From: a virus
Taxonomy: Duplodnaviria > Caudoviricetes
DNA: 61,843 nt
IMG/VR virus record: IMGVR_UViG_3300027965_000203
Span: 1-61,843 of that record
Strand: one strand, 5' to 3'
The notes under the pieces are model-generated. The model searched no databases and was not told the origin of the DNA. It worked only from the letters and a program-made list of their open reading frames with translations. Made by a program: the position numbers and the translations under genes. This document shows, in pieces, positions 37,346 to 46,509 of the stretch (its first letter is position 1; every line of letters starts with the position of its first letter).

Positions 37346-40343
37346 ACGCGCCATTCGCGCCATCGCGGCGCTGCTGCTGCTCGTCTCGGCCGCCATCGCG
37401 CAGCAGCCTTATAGCAAATCAGCGCTCACGTCGCAGATCGGGCAGGATTTCCCTGACCAGAATGCCGGCGCGATCACGCCCGCCATCCTGCGCGGCTTCC
37501 TCACCAACGCGGTCAATTCCTCGCAGCAATACGCCGGCGTCAACGCGCAGGTCGGCACCAGCTACACGGTGCAGGCGAGCGACTACGGCCAGCTCATCAC
37601 CTTCAACAATGCCGGCGCGGTCGCGGTCACCTTGCCGCAGACGGTCGCGGGAACGTTCACGTTCTACCCATTCAGCTTCTATGTGAGGAACCTCGGCGCC
37701 GGCACGGTGACGATCACGCCGCAGAACGGCTCGACCATCAACGGCGCCGCGAGCCTCGCGATCACGCAAGGCGTCAATGCCATCGTGATCTCGGATGGCG
37801 CCAATTACCAGGTGTTCGGCGCACAGGGCTTCTCGCCGGGCGGCTCCGGGATCATCATCAACGGCGGCAGCGCCTATCTCAATTCCTCGGTGCCCTATCT
37901 CGGCACGGGGAGCTGCAATGGCTGCGGCCCGCTGGCGATGGAGAGCGCCGGCCCCGGCGCCTTCTGGCACGAGACCGACCAAAACCCCTACGAGACCGGG
38001 ACCGCGCAGGCCGGCACGTCCACCACGATCACGCTCGCGTCGCGCTCGTGCACGCCCGTCAATGGCATCACCGCCATGGGCTGCGGGGCCGGCGACTACG
38101 TGTCGTCGGTCCTCACCATCACGGGCGGCACCGGGCTCGGGCAGAAGTTCCAGGTTTCGGCGGTATCGCCGGGCACCAGCCCGGTTCTCACGATCTCGGG
38201 CACGTTCTCGCCGGCGCCGGACTCGACCAGCGTCTATGCGCTCGGCCGCATCGACTACGGTTGGTGGCGTCTCATCTGCGACGGCAATGCCTGCTACTTC
38301 GAGGACTGGGAGGCCTGCAACCCGCTCACGGCCACCTTCCCGGCCAATCTCGAGGATTGCCAGGACGAGTTCTGGCGGGTCATGCGCGTGCCGACGAACA
38401 CGCCGCTCGCCGCCAACCACATCATCGGGTTCAACTATCCGATCTATGGCAACGGCAACCGCGACTGGCACATCGGCGCCAACTGGGCGGACCCACACCA
38501 GCCACAGACCGCACGTAACCTCGATTTCGACGCGCTCAACACGTCGACCAATCAGATGGTCACGGCGATGCAGCTCGTGCCCAACGGCGCGAACCCGCAG
38601 ATCATCGTCTCTTCCGTATCGCCGTTCTGTTTCGTCAGCTGCTCGGGCACGAACAATCTCGGCGCGCTCGCCAACAATTCGTTCGTCGGAAACGTCTCGG
38701 GCAGCACCGGCCCTGCGATCGGCGTGCCCAAGCAGGCTGCCTTCGACGGCATGGCGCCGGCGCCCACGCGGGCAGGCGACATCATCTATTGGAATGGCAC
38801 GCACTGGGTAAATTTCGCCGGCAACAATTCCGGGACGAGCTGCCTCAGCGAGACCTCATCCGGGGTGCCCGGATGGTCGGCCTGCTCGGGCGGCAGCGGG
38901 ACGCCGGGCGGATCGAATACGCAGCTGCAATACAATTCGTCCGGCGTGTTCGGTGGCATCACGGGCGTCACCAGCAACGGCACCAATGTCACGATCGCGT
39001 CGGGCGATCTCCTGCTCGGCGGCGCGACGTCGGGCACGACCACGCTCAACGCGAGCGGCACCGCCTCGGGCACCGCAACGCTGCCGGCGAACACTGGCAC
39101 GATCGCCGAGCTGAACCTTGCCCAGACTTGGTCGGCGCCGCAGACCTTCAACAACAACGACCTGCTACTTGCCGGCTCATCGTCCGGCACGACCACGCTC
39201 AACGCGAGCGCGACGGCATCGGGCACCGCAACGCTGCCGGCGAACAGCGGCACGGTTGCTGAGGTCAACTTCGCCCAGACTTGGTCCGCGGCGCAGACGT
39301 TCAACAATAACGATCTCCTGCTGGCGGGGTCTTCGTCCGGCACGACCACGCTCAATGCCAGCTCGATCGCCTCGGGCACGCTCACGCTGCCGGCCGCGAC
39401 CGATACGCTCATCGCGCGCGCGACGATCGACACGCTCACCAACAAGACCTACGACACCGCCGGCACCGGCAATTCGTTCAAGATCAACGGCACCTCGATC
39501 GCGGCCGTCACCGGCACCGGATCGGTCGTGCTCGCGACCTCGCCGACGATCAGTGGTGCGACGCTCTCCGGCACCACGAACGCGAGCGGCACGTTCCAGA
39601 TCGGCGGCTTCACGATCGGGGCCACCTCGGCGACATCGATCGGCGCCGGCCAGTACCAGGGCACGGCGACCAACGACAACGCGACCGCCGGCAACATCGG
39701 TGAATTCACCTCGACCATCACGCAAAAGACGAGCGCGACGGTCACGATCAGCAATGCGTCGCCGGGCATCATCTCGTGGACCGCGCACGGGCTCGGCGTC
39801 GCGTCGTCGGTGAGCTTCACCACGACCGGCTCCCTGCCGACCGGCTTGAGCCCATCGACCAATTACTATGTCTGCTCCGGCTCGACTTATCAGACCAACA
39901 GCTTCGCGGTCGCGACCAGCCCCGCCAATGCGCTCGCCGGCACGTGCATCAATACCTCTTCGGCGGGATCCGGCACCCAGACCGGCACGGCGGGCGCGAT
40001 CCTTACCGCAGGCAATCCGGACAGCGTGTCGGCCATCAGCCTCACGGCCGGCGACTGGCAGGTCTGTGCGGGAGCCGCATACACGGGCGGCGCGACCACG
40101 ACCGCGACCTATATCGAGGCGGGTCTTTCGACCACAACCAATACGCTCGACACGACGCCCGGCCGGTTCGTGATCATTCCCGCGTTCAACTCGACGCCCT
40201 TCTCACAGGCCGATGTCGGCCTGTTCGTATGCGATCGCTTCAGCCTGTCCGGTACGACCACGATCTTCCAGATCGCGCAGTCCTCGTTCGGGACGAGCAC
40301 GATGAGCGCCTACGGTAAGCTTTGGGCAAGGCGGATGCGGTAA
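37335..40343 (+). CDS. Long tail fibre/adhesin-like protein with a signal peptide
   Basis: MRIERAIRAIAALLLLVSAAIA; Ser/Thr/Gly-rich beta modules (SYTVQASD.G..ITFN...VTLP; TLPAATDTL...TLTNKT; SISLTAGDW); 16 Cys. Confidence 0.78.
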   Translation: MRIERAIRAIAALLLLVSAAIAQQPYSKSALTSQIGQDFPDQNAGAITPAILRGFLTNAVNSSQQYAGVNAQVGTSYTVQASDYGQLITFNNAGAVAVTLPQTVAGTFTFYPFSFYVRNLGAGTVTITPQNGSTINGAASLAITQGVNAIVISDGANYQVFGAQGFSPGGSGIIINGGSAYLNSSVPYLGTGSCNGCGPLAMESAGPGAFWHETDQNPYETGTAQAGTSTTITLASRSCTPVNGITAMGCGAGDYVSSVLTITGGTGLGQKFQVSAVSPGTSPVLTISGTFSPAPDSTSVYALGRIDYGWWRLICDGNACYFEDWEACNPLTATFPANLEDCQDEFWRVMRVPTNTPLAANHIIGFNYPIYGNGNRDWHIGANWADPHQPQTARNLDFDALNTSTNQMVTAMQLVPNGANPQIIVSSVSPFCFVSCSGTNNLGALANNSFVGNVSGSTGPAIGVPKQAAFDGMAPAPTRAGDIIYWNGTHWVNFAGNNSGTSCLSETSSGVPGWSACSGGSGTPGGSNTQLQYNSSGVFGGITGVTSNGTNVTIASGDLLLGGATSGTTTLNASGTASGTATLPANTGTIAELNLAQTWSAPQTFNNNDLLLAGSSSGTTTLNASATASGTATLPANSGTVAEVNFAQTWSAAQTFNNNDLLLAGSSSGTTTLNASSIASGTLTLPAATDTLIARATIDTLTNKTYDTAGTGNSFKINGTSIAAVTGTGSVVLATSPTISGATLSGTTNASGTFQIGGFTIGATSATSIGAGQYQGTATNDNATAGNIGEFTSTITQKTSATVTISNASPGIISWTAHGLGVASSVSFTTTGSLPTGLSPSTNYYVCSGSTYQTNSFAVATSPANALAGTCINTSSAGSGTQTGTAGAILTAGNPDSVSAISLTAGDWQVCAGAAYTGGATTTATYIEAGLSTTTNTLDTTPGRFVIIPAFNSTPFSQADVGLFVCDRFSLSGTTTIFQIAQSSFGTSTMSAYGKLWARRMR
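39005..39400 (+). repeat. Internal ~153-bp (51-aa) tandem repeat in the tail fibre, about 2.6 copies
   Basis: DLLL.G.SSGTTTLNAS..ASGT.TLPA occurs three times, AQTWSA.QTFNNN twice. Confidence 0.85.
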
Positions 40344-40354
40344 GGAGCTGGTCG

Positions 40355-40612
40355 ATGCGCCATATTGCTTTGATCCTCATGCTCGCTCTCGCCGCAGCCG
40401 CCCGGGCCGATGACCTCGACCATGCGGCGCAGGTCTGCGGCGAGCATCAGACGCGCGTCGTGACACAGGGCCCGCAACACGTGCCGCTGATCGATTACGG
40501 CCAGGGCTTCGAAAACTGCACCGCCGTCATCCAGAAGTGGCGCGAGCGCCAAACCAGCCGGTCGGCGAAGGACAAGGCCGACCAGGACCTCATCAACAGG
40601 ATGGCCAAATGA
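40355..40612 (+). CDS. Small exported protein (possible fibre chaperone)
   Basis: AGGAG RBS; MRHIALILMLALAAAARA; 2 Cys. Confidence 0.65.
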   Translation: MRHIALILMLALAAAARADDLDHAAQVCGEHQTRVVTQGPQHVPLIDYGQGFENCTAVIQKWRERQTSRSAKDKADQDLINRMAK

Positions 40613-40875
40613 AACGCGCTCTTCTGCTCTCAGTGCTCGTCTTCGCCGGATCCGCGCATGCCGTCGAGCTCAAGCTCGATCAGAGCTGGATCCCGAAGCT
40701 TGGGCAGTTGTGTCAGGCGGCCACATATGGCTCGCGCATGACGGCCGAGCCGATCTGCAACGAGCTTGGCCAGGTCGTGGCGCGCGCCAATGCGGCCGAG
40801 GCCGCCGCTAAGGCCGAGGCGACGAAGAAGCCGACTGCCACGAAAGAGCCGGCTGCAGCTCCAGCGAAACCCTAG
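40609..40875 (+). CDS. Small exported protein (possible fibre chaperone)
   Basis: ATGA coupling; MKRALLLSVLVFAGSAHA; 2 Cys; Ala/Lys/Pro tail. Confidence 0.65.
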   Translation: MKRALLLSVLVFAGSAHAVELKLDQSWIPKLGQLCQAATYGSRMTAEPICNELGQVVARANAAEAAAKAEATKKPTATKEPAAAPAKP

Positions 40876-40948
40876 GCTCCCGGCCGGCGGATCAGGAAGC
40901 CGAGAAGCGCCGCCAGCAGCAGAACCAGCACGATTTGGTCGGCGTGCA

Positions 40949-42454
40949 TTACGGAAAGGCGCGATCAAAGGAGACGCGGCCGCCGGCCGCAGCCTTTTTG
41001 AGGGCGCGAGCGGCAGCTACATACGCAGGATAATCGGGATTGTCGGGCAGGTGCACTGCGCAGCGCCGATAGCCATGCTCATCCCGCGTGCCCCAATCCA
41101 TGAGGTGTTCGAAAATCACGTTGTCGCAGCCGAGCGTGCGGCCCCAGCGATAGAATTCCGCCATCTCGGTAAAATTTGCCTGCTGCACGACGAACGAGAT
41201 CAGGAACGTGCGGATCACGTTCTCGCGGCGTAGCCGAGCCAGAAAGTCGAGATTGGCGACGAGCTTGTCCCAATCGCCCCCGAGGCGCACCCGTTTATAG
41301 GTCTCAGGCCGGCTGGCGTCGATCGAGACGCGTACTGTGCGGACCCTGCGGTGGATGTTCGGGAACTTCGCCCATTCCGCCTCGGAAAACAGGACGCCGT
41401 TGGTGATGAAGATCAGCTCGAGATCGGGGTTGAGCGCATCGCTGATGGACTCGAGCGTTCGCCGGCACGAGCGGCTGGAAAACACGTCGCCATAGCCGTT
41501 CATCATCACGGTCTTCGCGGTGCGCAGGGCCGGCACCACGACGCGCTCCGTCATCGTCATGATGCGGGCGAACTCGTCTCCTTTCGCCGTGATGCGATGC
41601 GTGCGGCATGACGGGCACCAGAGATTACAGGTCGGATCGTGCGATAGCCGCACGTCAGTCGGCCCGTCGATCACGCCATCGCCGGCAGCAATGAAACGCT
41701 TGAGCCGGGGCTCGGCGACGTCCTTGCGCAGCGGCAACGTATCGAGCTGGATCGCGTTGCATTGGGTCCAGTCGCAGTAGGCGAAGCTCTGATCGAGGAT
41801 GGACTTGCGCAGCCGCCGCGCCATGTCGGAATTGACGAGGCCGGCGAGCGTCGCATCGGCACCATCGGCGCGCCCGATCGGCATCGGCAGATAGTTCGGA
41901 CAGCAGACGTGAACACCACCGTCGCTGCCGATCTCGAAGTCGCCGAACGGCTTTGAGCAAAAGCGGCCGGCGAAATAGTTGCCTTCGCCGCCGAGCAGCT
42001 GATCGATATAGCCCGGCACGTCCGGCCGGCTCTTCGCCATCTCGATCGCGCGAAGCAGCAGGCGGGGAAGTCGGGCAAGGCGGACCTCGTCGGGTTCCTC
42101 ATTAAGCCGGCGCAGCGCCGCGTCGCGCTTTCCGGCTTGCCATAGCAGCTGGATTTCGGCCGCAACGAAGACCTCCCGCGCAAGCAGGAGCTTGCCTCCG
42201 CTCAACATGCCGATGGTCCGGGCGGCGAAGAACCGCCGCAGCCGCCGCGGCCGGCGCTCGAGCCAGCGTCGGAGCGAGGCCGTCGCAGCAAGCCGGTTCT
42301 GCGTCGTGGCGAGCTCTTGGACCTCGCGCGGTAGGCACGCAAAGGCAACGCGCAGGACTGCCGGCGCCAGTCGCCGCCGCAAAGCCAGCGGGAGCGATTT
42401 CCAGATGATCGCGCGCGGCCCGCGCTGACTGGCTGGAGACGCCTGCACGCTCAT
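40949..42454 (-). CDS. Radical SAM protein with an N-terminal SPASM/twitch-like Cys cluster (antisense cargo)
   Basis: CNLWCPSC (CX3CX2C), GYGDVF, ITNG, VSIDA...TYKRVRLGG.W; upstream CSKPF...VHVCC...C....C; start uncertain. Confidence 0.85.
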   Translation of the reverse strand: MSVQASPASQRGPRAIIWKSLPLALRRRLAPAVLRVAFACLPREVQELATTQNRLAATASLRRWLERRPRRLRRFFAARTIGMLSGGKLLLAREVFVAAEIQLLWQAGKRDAALRRLNEEPDEVRLARLPRLLLRAIEMAKSRPDVPGYIDQLLGGEGNYFAGRFCSKPFGDFEIGSDGGVHVCCPNYLPMPIGRADGADATLAGLVNSDMARRLRKSILDQSFAYCDWTQCNAIQLDTLPLRKDVAEPRLKRFIAAGDGVIDGPTDVRLSHDPTCNLWCPSCRTHRITAKGDEFARIMTMTERVVVPALRTAKTVMMNGYGDVFSSRSCRRTLESISDALNPDLELIFITNGVLFSEAEWAKFPNIHRRVRTVRVSIDASRPETYKRVRLGGDWDKLVANLDFLARLRRENVIRTFLISFVVQQANFTEMAEFYRWGRTLGCDNVIFEHLMDWGTRDEHGYRRCAVHLPDNPDYPAYVAAARALKKAAAGGRVSFDRAFP

Positions 42455-42552
42455 TGCTGTGAACCCTGCCACGAAGACCACAACCCTAACTCGCTCAACC
42501 GTCGGCTGTCTAGACGGCGCCCCTCGCAACCCACAGTCCAGAGAAGATCTCC

Positions 42553-43134
42553 ATGCTGACCCTGACCGGGCCGCCCGCGCCGGCCTATTCCGCGCGTTTT
42601 CTCGCCTGCCTGCCCTTCACGCTCGCGCAGGAGTGCCCGCACCCGGCCGATTGGTCGAACCCGCGAAACTTTTCCGACGATGCCCACGATCCGGGCGGCA
42701 AGACCATGTGCGGCATCATCCAGCGCGAGTACGACGCCTGGCGCAAAGCGCACGGCCTGCCGGTGCGCGACGTGCGCAAGCTCGCCCAGGACGAGGGCTA
42801 TGCGATCTACTATGCCAATTACTGGCATCCGCACGCGGACGATCTGCCTCCCGGTCTCGACCTCGACTATTTCGATGCCGCCGTGAACGAGGGCGCGATG
42901 GAGGCGAACCGCATTCTGCAGTTCGCGCTGGGCGTCCCGGCCGATGGCACCTGGGGACCGCAGACGGCGGCGGCGGTCGCCGGCATTCATGACCGGCATG
43001 CGGCCGTCGTCGCCTTCACGACGCGTCGCGAGGCGGTCTATCGCGCGTTCCGCGGCTTCCAGTACTTCGGCAAGGACTGGGAGCGCCGCTCGGCCGAGAT
43101 CGGGGCGCAGGCCCTGCAGATGGCTGCCAGCTGA
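42553..43134 (+). CDS. Glycoside hydrolase family 108 endolysin
   Basis: E...DDAHDPGGKTMCGI, IYYANYW, LPPGLD..YFDAAVNEG, LQFALGVPADG.WGPQT, FGKDWERR. Confidence 0.9.
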   Translation: MLTLTGPPAPAYSARFLACLPFTLAQECPHPADWSNPRNFSDDAHDPGGKTMCGIIQREYDAWRKAHGLPVRDVRKLAQDEGYAIYYANYWHPHADDLPPGLDLDYFDAAVNEGAMEANRILQFALGVPADGTWGPQTAAAVAGIHDRHAAVVAFTTRREAVYRAFRGFQYFGKDWERRSAEIGAQALQMAAS

Positions 43135-43143
43135 TAGCCCGAC

Positions 43144-43782
43144 ATGCCCGATCTCCTGGAGCTCGCGCGCTTCTCGCGCGATGCCTACCTTTTGCCGCCA
43201 ACCTGGATCGGCGCCGGCCTCGACCAGGATGTCCATGCGATCGTCGATCTCTCGACGACGCCGGCGCGGGTCGGCTTCCGTGGCTCGGACGAGCTCGCGA
43301 ACTGGCTGCGCGATTTCTTCGCCCTCCCGGACGAGGCGCATGACACGACCGAGCACGCGCAGCTCGGGCTGATGCATGCCGGCATCCTCGCCGGGGCGCT
43401 CGCGGTCTATGCGCCGCTGAAGGCGCTCGCCGAAGAGCTCCGATCGAGCGCCGCCCGCCTGCCGCTGGTGCTCACCGGCCATAGCCTTGGAGGCGCTCTC
43501 GCGCTCGCCGCCGGCGCGCTGCTCGCCGCCGACGGGCTGCCGGTCCAGCAGATTGCCGCGTTCGAGGCGCCGCGCGTCGGGCGCGCGCGCTACGTGCTCA
43601 CCCTCGCGCCGATCGACGTCGTCGAGACGCAATGCGGCAACGACCCGGTGCCGGATACGCCGATCTTCCTTCTGCCGGCGCGGGCCCGCATCTCGATCGG
43701 CGAAGCGCGGCTCAACCCGATCGAGTGCCATTTCATCGACAACGTCATTGCGGCGCTCACGCCCGCGCCCATTCCGGCCTGA
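43144..43782 (+). CDS. Class 3 lipase
   Basis: FRGS, H.G, LTGHSLGGALA nucleophile elbow, FEAPRVG, DPVPDTP, C-terminal His. Confidence 0.9.
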   Translation: MPDLLELARFSRDAYLLPPTWIGAGLDQDVHAIVDLSTTPARVGFRGSDELANWLRDFFALPDEAHDTTEHAQLGLMHAGILAGALAVYAPLKALAEELRSSAARLPLVLTGHSLGGALALAAGALLAADGLPVQQIAAFEAPRVGRARYVLTLAPIDVVETQCGNDPVPDTPIFLLPARARISIGEARLNPIECHFIDNVIAALTPAPIPA

Positions 43783-43797
43783 TCCAGGAGAAAACCG

Positions 43798-44559
43798 ATG
43801 AAGATCTATCGCGCCGCGCTCGGCGCATCCCTGTTGTGCTGCGCCGCCACCGTGACCCTCGCGGCGGGAACCGGGCTTGACCACGACCAGATCGCGCAGG
43901 TGCTCGCCAATGGCGGCGTTGCCACCCCGCCGCCCGAGGTCATCGCCGCCCCGGGATCCTCGGTCGACGTCACTGGTGTCGCCGGCGTCACGGCGCAATG
44001 GCTGATCTGGATCGTCGGCGCCTCGGCACTCGCCCTGGTGCAGCGCAACGTCAAAGACAAGCAGGCCCGCGACACGCTCTCAGCCGCGATCCTCAACGGC
44101 GTCAATTACGGCTTCAACATGGTGCCCGGCGCGCTCAAGGGGCACACCCTCGCGATCGACGTCGGCTCCAAGGTCGCGGCGCACGCGCTGCGCTATGTGC
44201 TCGATGCCGGGGGAGCCGAAGCAAAGCGGCTCGACCTGCAGCCCGCGGATCTGGCCAAGCGCATCATCGCCCGCATCCCCAACATGGACGGCGAGACGTC
44301 CGACGCGATCGTGCACCAGGTCGCGGCCGCGGCCGCCGGCGCGCCGCCGCCGCTCGATGCCTCCAAGGCGATCGAGCTGATCGGACCGCTTGCCGACCGG
44401 CTCGCCGGGCGGCTGGTGCCCTATATCGCCGACCATCTGGAGAAGACCGCACTCGCCCGCAATGGCGCGGCTGCCGTCGCCGACCACCGGCAGGATTCGT
44501 CCGCCGCGGAAGCCGCTCCGCCGCCCCCGCAGGTCGCGCCGGCGGCCGCGGCGTCCTGA
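43798..44559 (+). CDS. Membrane protein in the lysis cassette (holin-like), with an N-terminal signal-like sequence
   Basis: AGGAG RBS; hydrophobic N-terminus plus WLIWIVGASALALV; RDTLSAAILNGV...ALRYV...IIARI resembles single-TM phage holins. Confidence 0.55.
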   Translation: MKIYRAALGASLLCCAATVTLAAGTGLDHDQIAQVLANGGVATPPPEVIAAPGSSVDVTGVAGVTAQWLIWIVGASALALVQRNVKDKQARDTLSAAILNGVNYGFNMVPGALKGHTLAIDVGSKVAAHALRYVLDAGGAEAKRLDLQPADLAKRIIARIPNMDGETSDAIVHQVAAAAAGAPPPLDASKAIELIGPLADRLAGRLVPYIADHLEKTALARNGAAAVADHRQDSSAAEAAPPPPQVAPAAAAS

Positions 44560-44595
44560 CCCCTCCATTACCAGCCAGCCACCAGGAGAGCCACC

Positions 44596-45339
44596 ATGCG
44601 TATCGTAGCCCTCGCGGCGAGCCTCGCGCTCGCCGCCCTCGCCATCGGGCCCGCGTACGCGCAGAGCACCGCCGCGCCGGCGCCTGCGCCTATACCCGCA
44701 CCCAGGATTACCGCGCCCGCCAACGTCTTCGCGGCGCCCTACAGCGGCTCCGGCTGGTATCTCGGCCTCGAGGCCGGCGGCGGCACCGGCTCGGTCAATG
44801 TCGGGAATATCCCTGGGGTCAATTCCGCGAGCCTCACGACGACGCAGGGCCTGATCGGCGGCATCGTCGGCTATTCGTCCGACATGTCGAACGGCGCCCG
44901 CTATTGGTTCGCGGAGGCCGATCTCGGCTGGAACAATTTCAACGGCAACACGCAGGGGTTTGCGCTCGGCGGCCCGTTCACCGGGCAGCTCCTGGTGGGC
45001 GCCGGCGCTCCCGCTTCGCAGGTCCTCAACATGCTGCCGACCTTCGGACTGACCGCGCCGACGCTGCCGCAGGTCCCGGGCGCGACGCAGACCAACCCGC
45101 ATCTCTATCTCGCCGCCGGCGTCGATATTTCCGATGTCTCGGCCGCCTACCAGCAGGCGAGCCATACGGCATGGCAGTTCTCGCCCATGGTGGCGCTCGG
45201 CATCGAGGCGCAGCTCTCCACCGGCGGCACGATCGGGGCGCGGCTCGAGGACGTGCTGCAGACCGATTCGGTCTGCGTCGGGGCGATCTGCGCCAAGCAG
45301 TCGAACCTGGTGCGGGCGAAGGTGCTCTACAAGTTCTGA
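44596..45339 (+). CDS. Outer membrane beta-barrel protein (Omp25/RopB- or Lom-like)
   Basis: Signal peptide ending AYA; YSGSGWYLGLEAGGG, GGIVGY, FAEADLGW, ALGIEAQL; C-terminal VLYKF. Confidence 0.8.
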   Translation: MRIVALAASLALAALAIGPAYAQSTAAPAPAPIPAPRITAPANVFAAPYSGSGWYLGLEAGGGTGSVNVGNIPGVNSASLTTTQGLIGGIVGYSSDMSNGARYWFAEADLGWNNFNGNTQGFALGGPFTGQLLVGAGAPASQVLNMLPTFGLTAPTLPQVPGATQTNPHLYLAAGVDISDVSAAYQQASHTAWQFSPMVALGIEAQLSTGGTIGARLEDVLQTDSVCVGAICAKQSNLVRAKVLYKF

Positions 45340-45362
45340 GCGCCTGAAGGCTTGAAATCCCC

Positions 45363-45689
45363 ATGCCCGCCCCCCGCCATCTCCCCCTCGGCTCGCGCCT
45401 CACCCAAGACGATCTCGCCGTCATCGGCGACCACGTGGCCTCAAAGCTGCGCGGCGAGATCGCGGGCGCGATCCGCACCGAGTTCGCCCGCATGGGCCTC
45501 GCGGTCGACGGGGATGAAGGGCTTATCGAGGTGCAGCGCGATCATGCCTTCCTGCGGGCGGCGCGGCTGCGCGTGGAGGATGATCGCGCCACGGTGCGGC
45601 GGCAGATCATCACCTGGGTGGTGCCGTTCGTGTGCCTCGCGCTGGTCGCGGGGCTCGCGGCCGTCGTCGGGCATCACTTCACGCCGTAG
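45363..45689 (+). CDS. Small protein with a C-terminal TM helix (holin/antiholin-like)
   Basis: EVQRDHAFLRAAR followed by IITWVVPFVCLALVAGLAAVVG. Confidence 0.6.
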   Translation: MPAPRHLPLGSRLTQDDLAVIGDHVASKLRGEIAGAIRTEFARMGLAVDGDEGLIEVQRDHAFLRAARLRVEDDRATVRRQIITWVVPFVCLALVAGLAAVVGHHFTP

Positions 45690-45765
45690 ATAATTCGGCG
45701 GCCCGGCTTGCCGCCGTCATGGCTCCGGCCCTTACCCAGCCGGAGGATCGAACCTCCTGGAACTT

Positions 45766-45798
45766 GCCCCTCTCCCCGCAAAGGGAGAGGGGCTTTTT
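45766..45798 (+). terminator. Intrinsic terminator ending the late operon
   Basis: GCCCCTCTCCC-CGCAAA-GGGAGAGGGGC followed by TTTTT. Confidence 0.85.
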
Positions 45799-45804
45799 CG
45801 CGTT

Positions 45805-46161
45805 TCAGGCCTTCGCGCGCTTCGGCGCCGGATGGCTGTTCGGCAGCGGCTCGATCTTGGCGAGCGCATCCGCAAGCTTCGCCCGCGCGTGCCACAGATC
45901 ATGGCTCGCCTGCATGGTGAGCCAGTGCTCCGGCGTCTCCCCGCCCATCAGGGCCTCGATCCGCAGCGCCATTTCGGGCGTGACCGGACCCTTGCCCTTG
46001 AGCACCTTCTCCAGTCCCGAGGGCGACACCCCGATCGCGATCGCGGCGGCGCGCATCGACACCCGCTGCTCATCGAGGATATCGGCGATCACCTCGCCGG
46101 GATGCATCGGCGCGACCTTGCGCGGTCCGGCGGGCAGGCTCCTAGGCTTCGCCATGGGCAT
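45805..46161 (-). CDS. higA: HigA antitoxin
   Basis: PMHPGEVIADIL...VTPEMALRI...TPEHWLTMQASHDLW. Confidence 0.92.
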   Translation of the reverse strand: MPMAKPRSLPAGPRKVAPMHPGEVIADILDEQRVSMRAAAIAIGVSPSGLEKVLKGKGPVTPEMALRIEALMGGETPEHWLTMQASHDLWHARAKLADALAKIEPLPNSHPAPKRAKA

Positions 46162-46189
46162 GATCGAGGCGGCCCGCGCCGCCTCGCCT

Positions 46190-46474
46190 TCAGTGGGGTT
46201 GCTCAAGATCGACATTGTGGGCCTCGTTCTTAATCCAGTCGAAGGTGATGCGCCAAGGGCCGCTGACCGATATCGACCACTTTGTGTCGTAGCCCTTCCA
46301 TTTGTGCAGCTCGAAGCCGGGGCGGTAGAGGGTGCGAATGTCGCCGTTGGCGTTGTCGAGCGCTTCGAGGCGGGCGCGAACGCGGCGGGCGAGGCGCGCA
46401 TCGATCCGCCGCGCGGCGCCCGTATCAAACAGCTCCTTGAGGTCGGCATTCTTGAAGGTCTTGATCGTACCCAT
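46190..46474 (-). CDS. higB: HigB (RelE-family) toxin
   Basis: IKTFKNADLKELF...PGFELHKWKG...WSISVSGPWRITFDW...VDLEQPH; upstream of higA. Confidence 0.92.
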   Translation of the reverse strand: MGTIKTFKNADLKELFDTGAARRIDARLARRVRARLEALDNANGDIRTLYRPGFELHKWKGYDTKWSISVSGPWRITFDWIKNEAHNVDLEQPH

Positions 46475-46509
46475 CGGTCCCGCTCCCGTCATCAACAGAA
46501 ACGAGAATA

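Noticed and set aside
35618-40343. Diversity-generating retroelement or invertible fibre cassette
   Set aside because: No reverse transcriptase or invertase in the window, and I saw no TR/VR pair with adenine-specific mismatches
43798-44559. Lipoprotein spanin (Cys-Cys in the leader)
   Set aside because: SLLC/LLCC is not a canonical lipobox, and the protein continues to an A-x-A-like site and a TM helix
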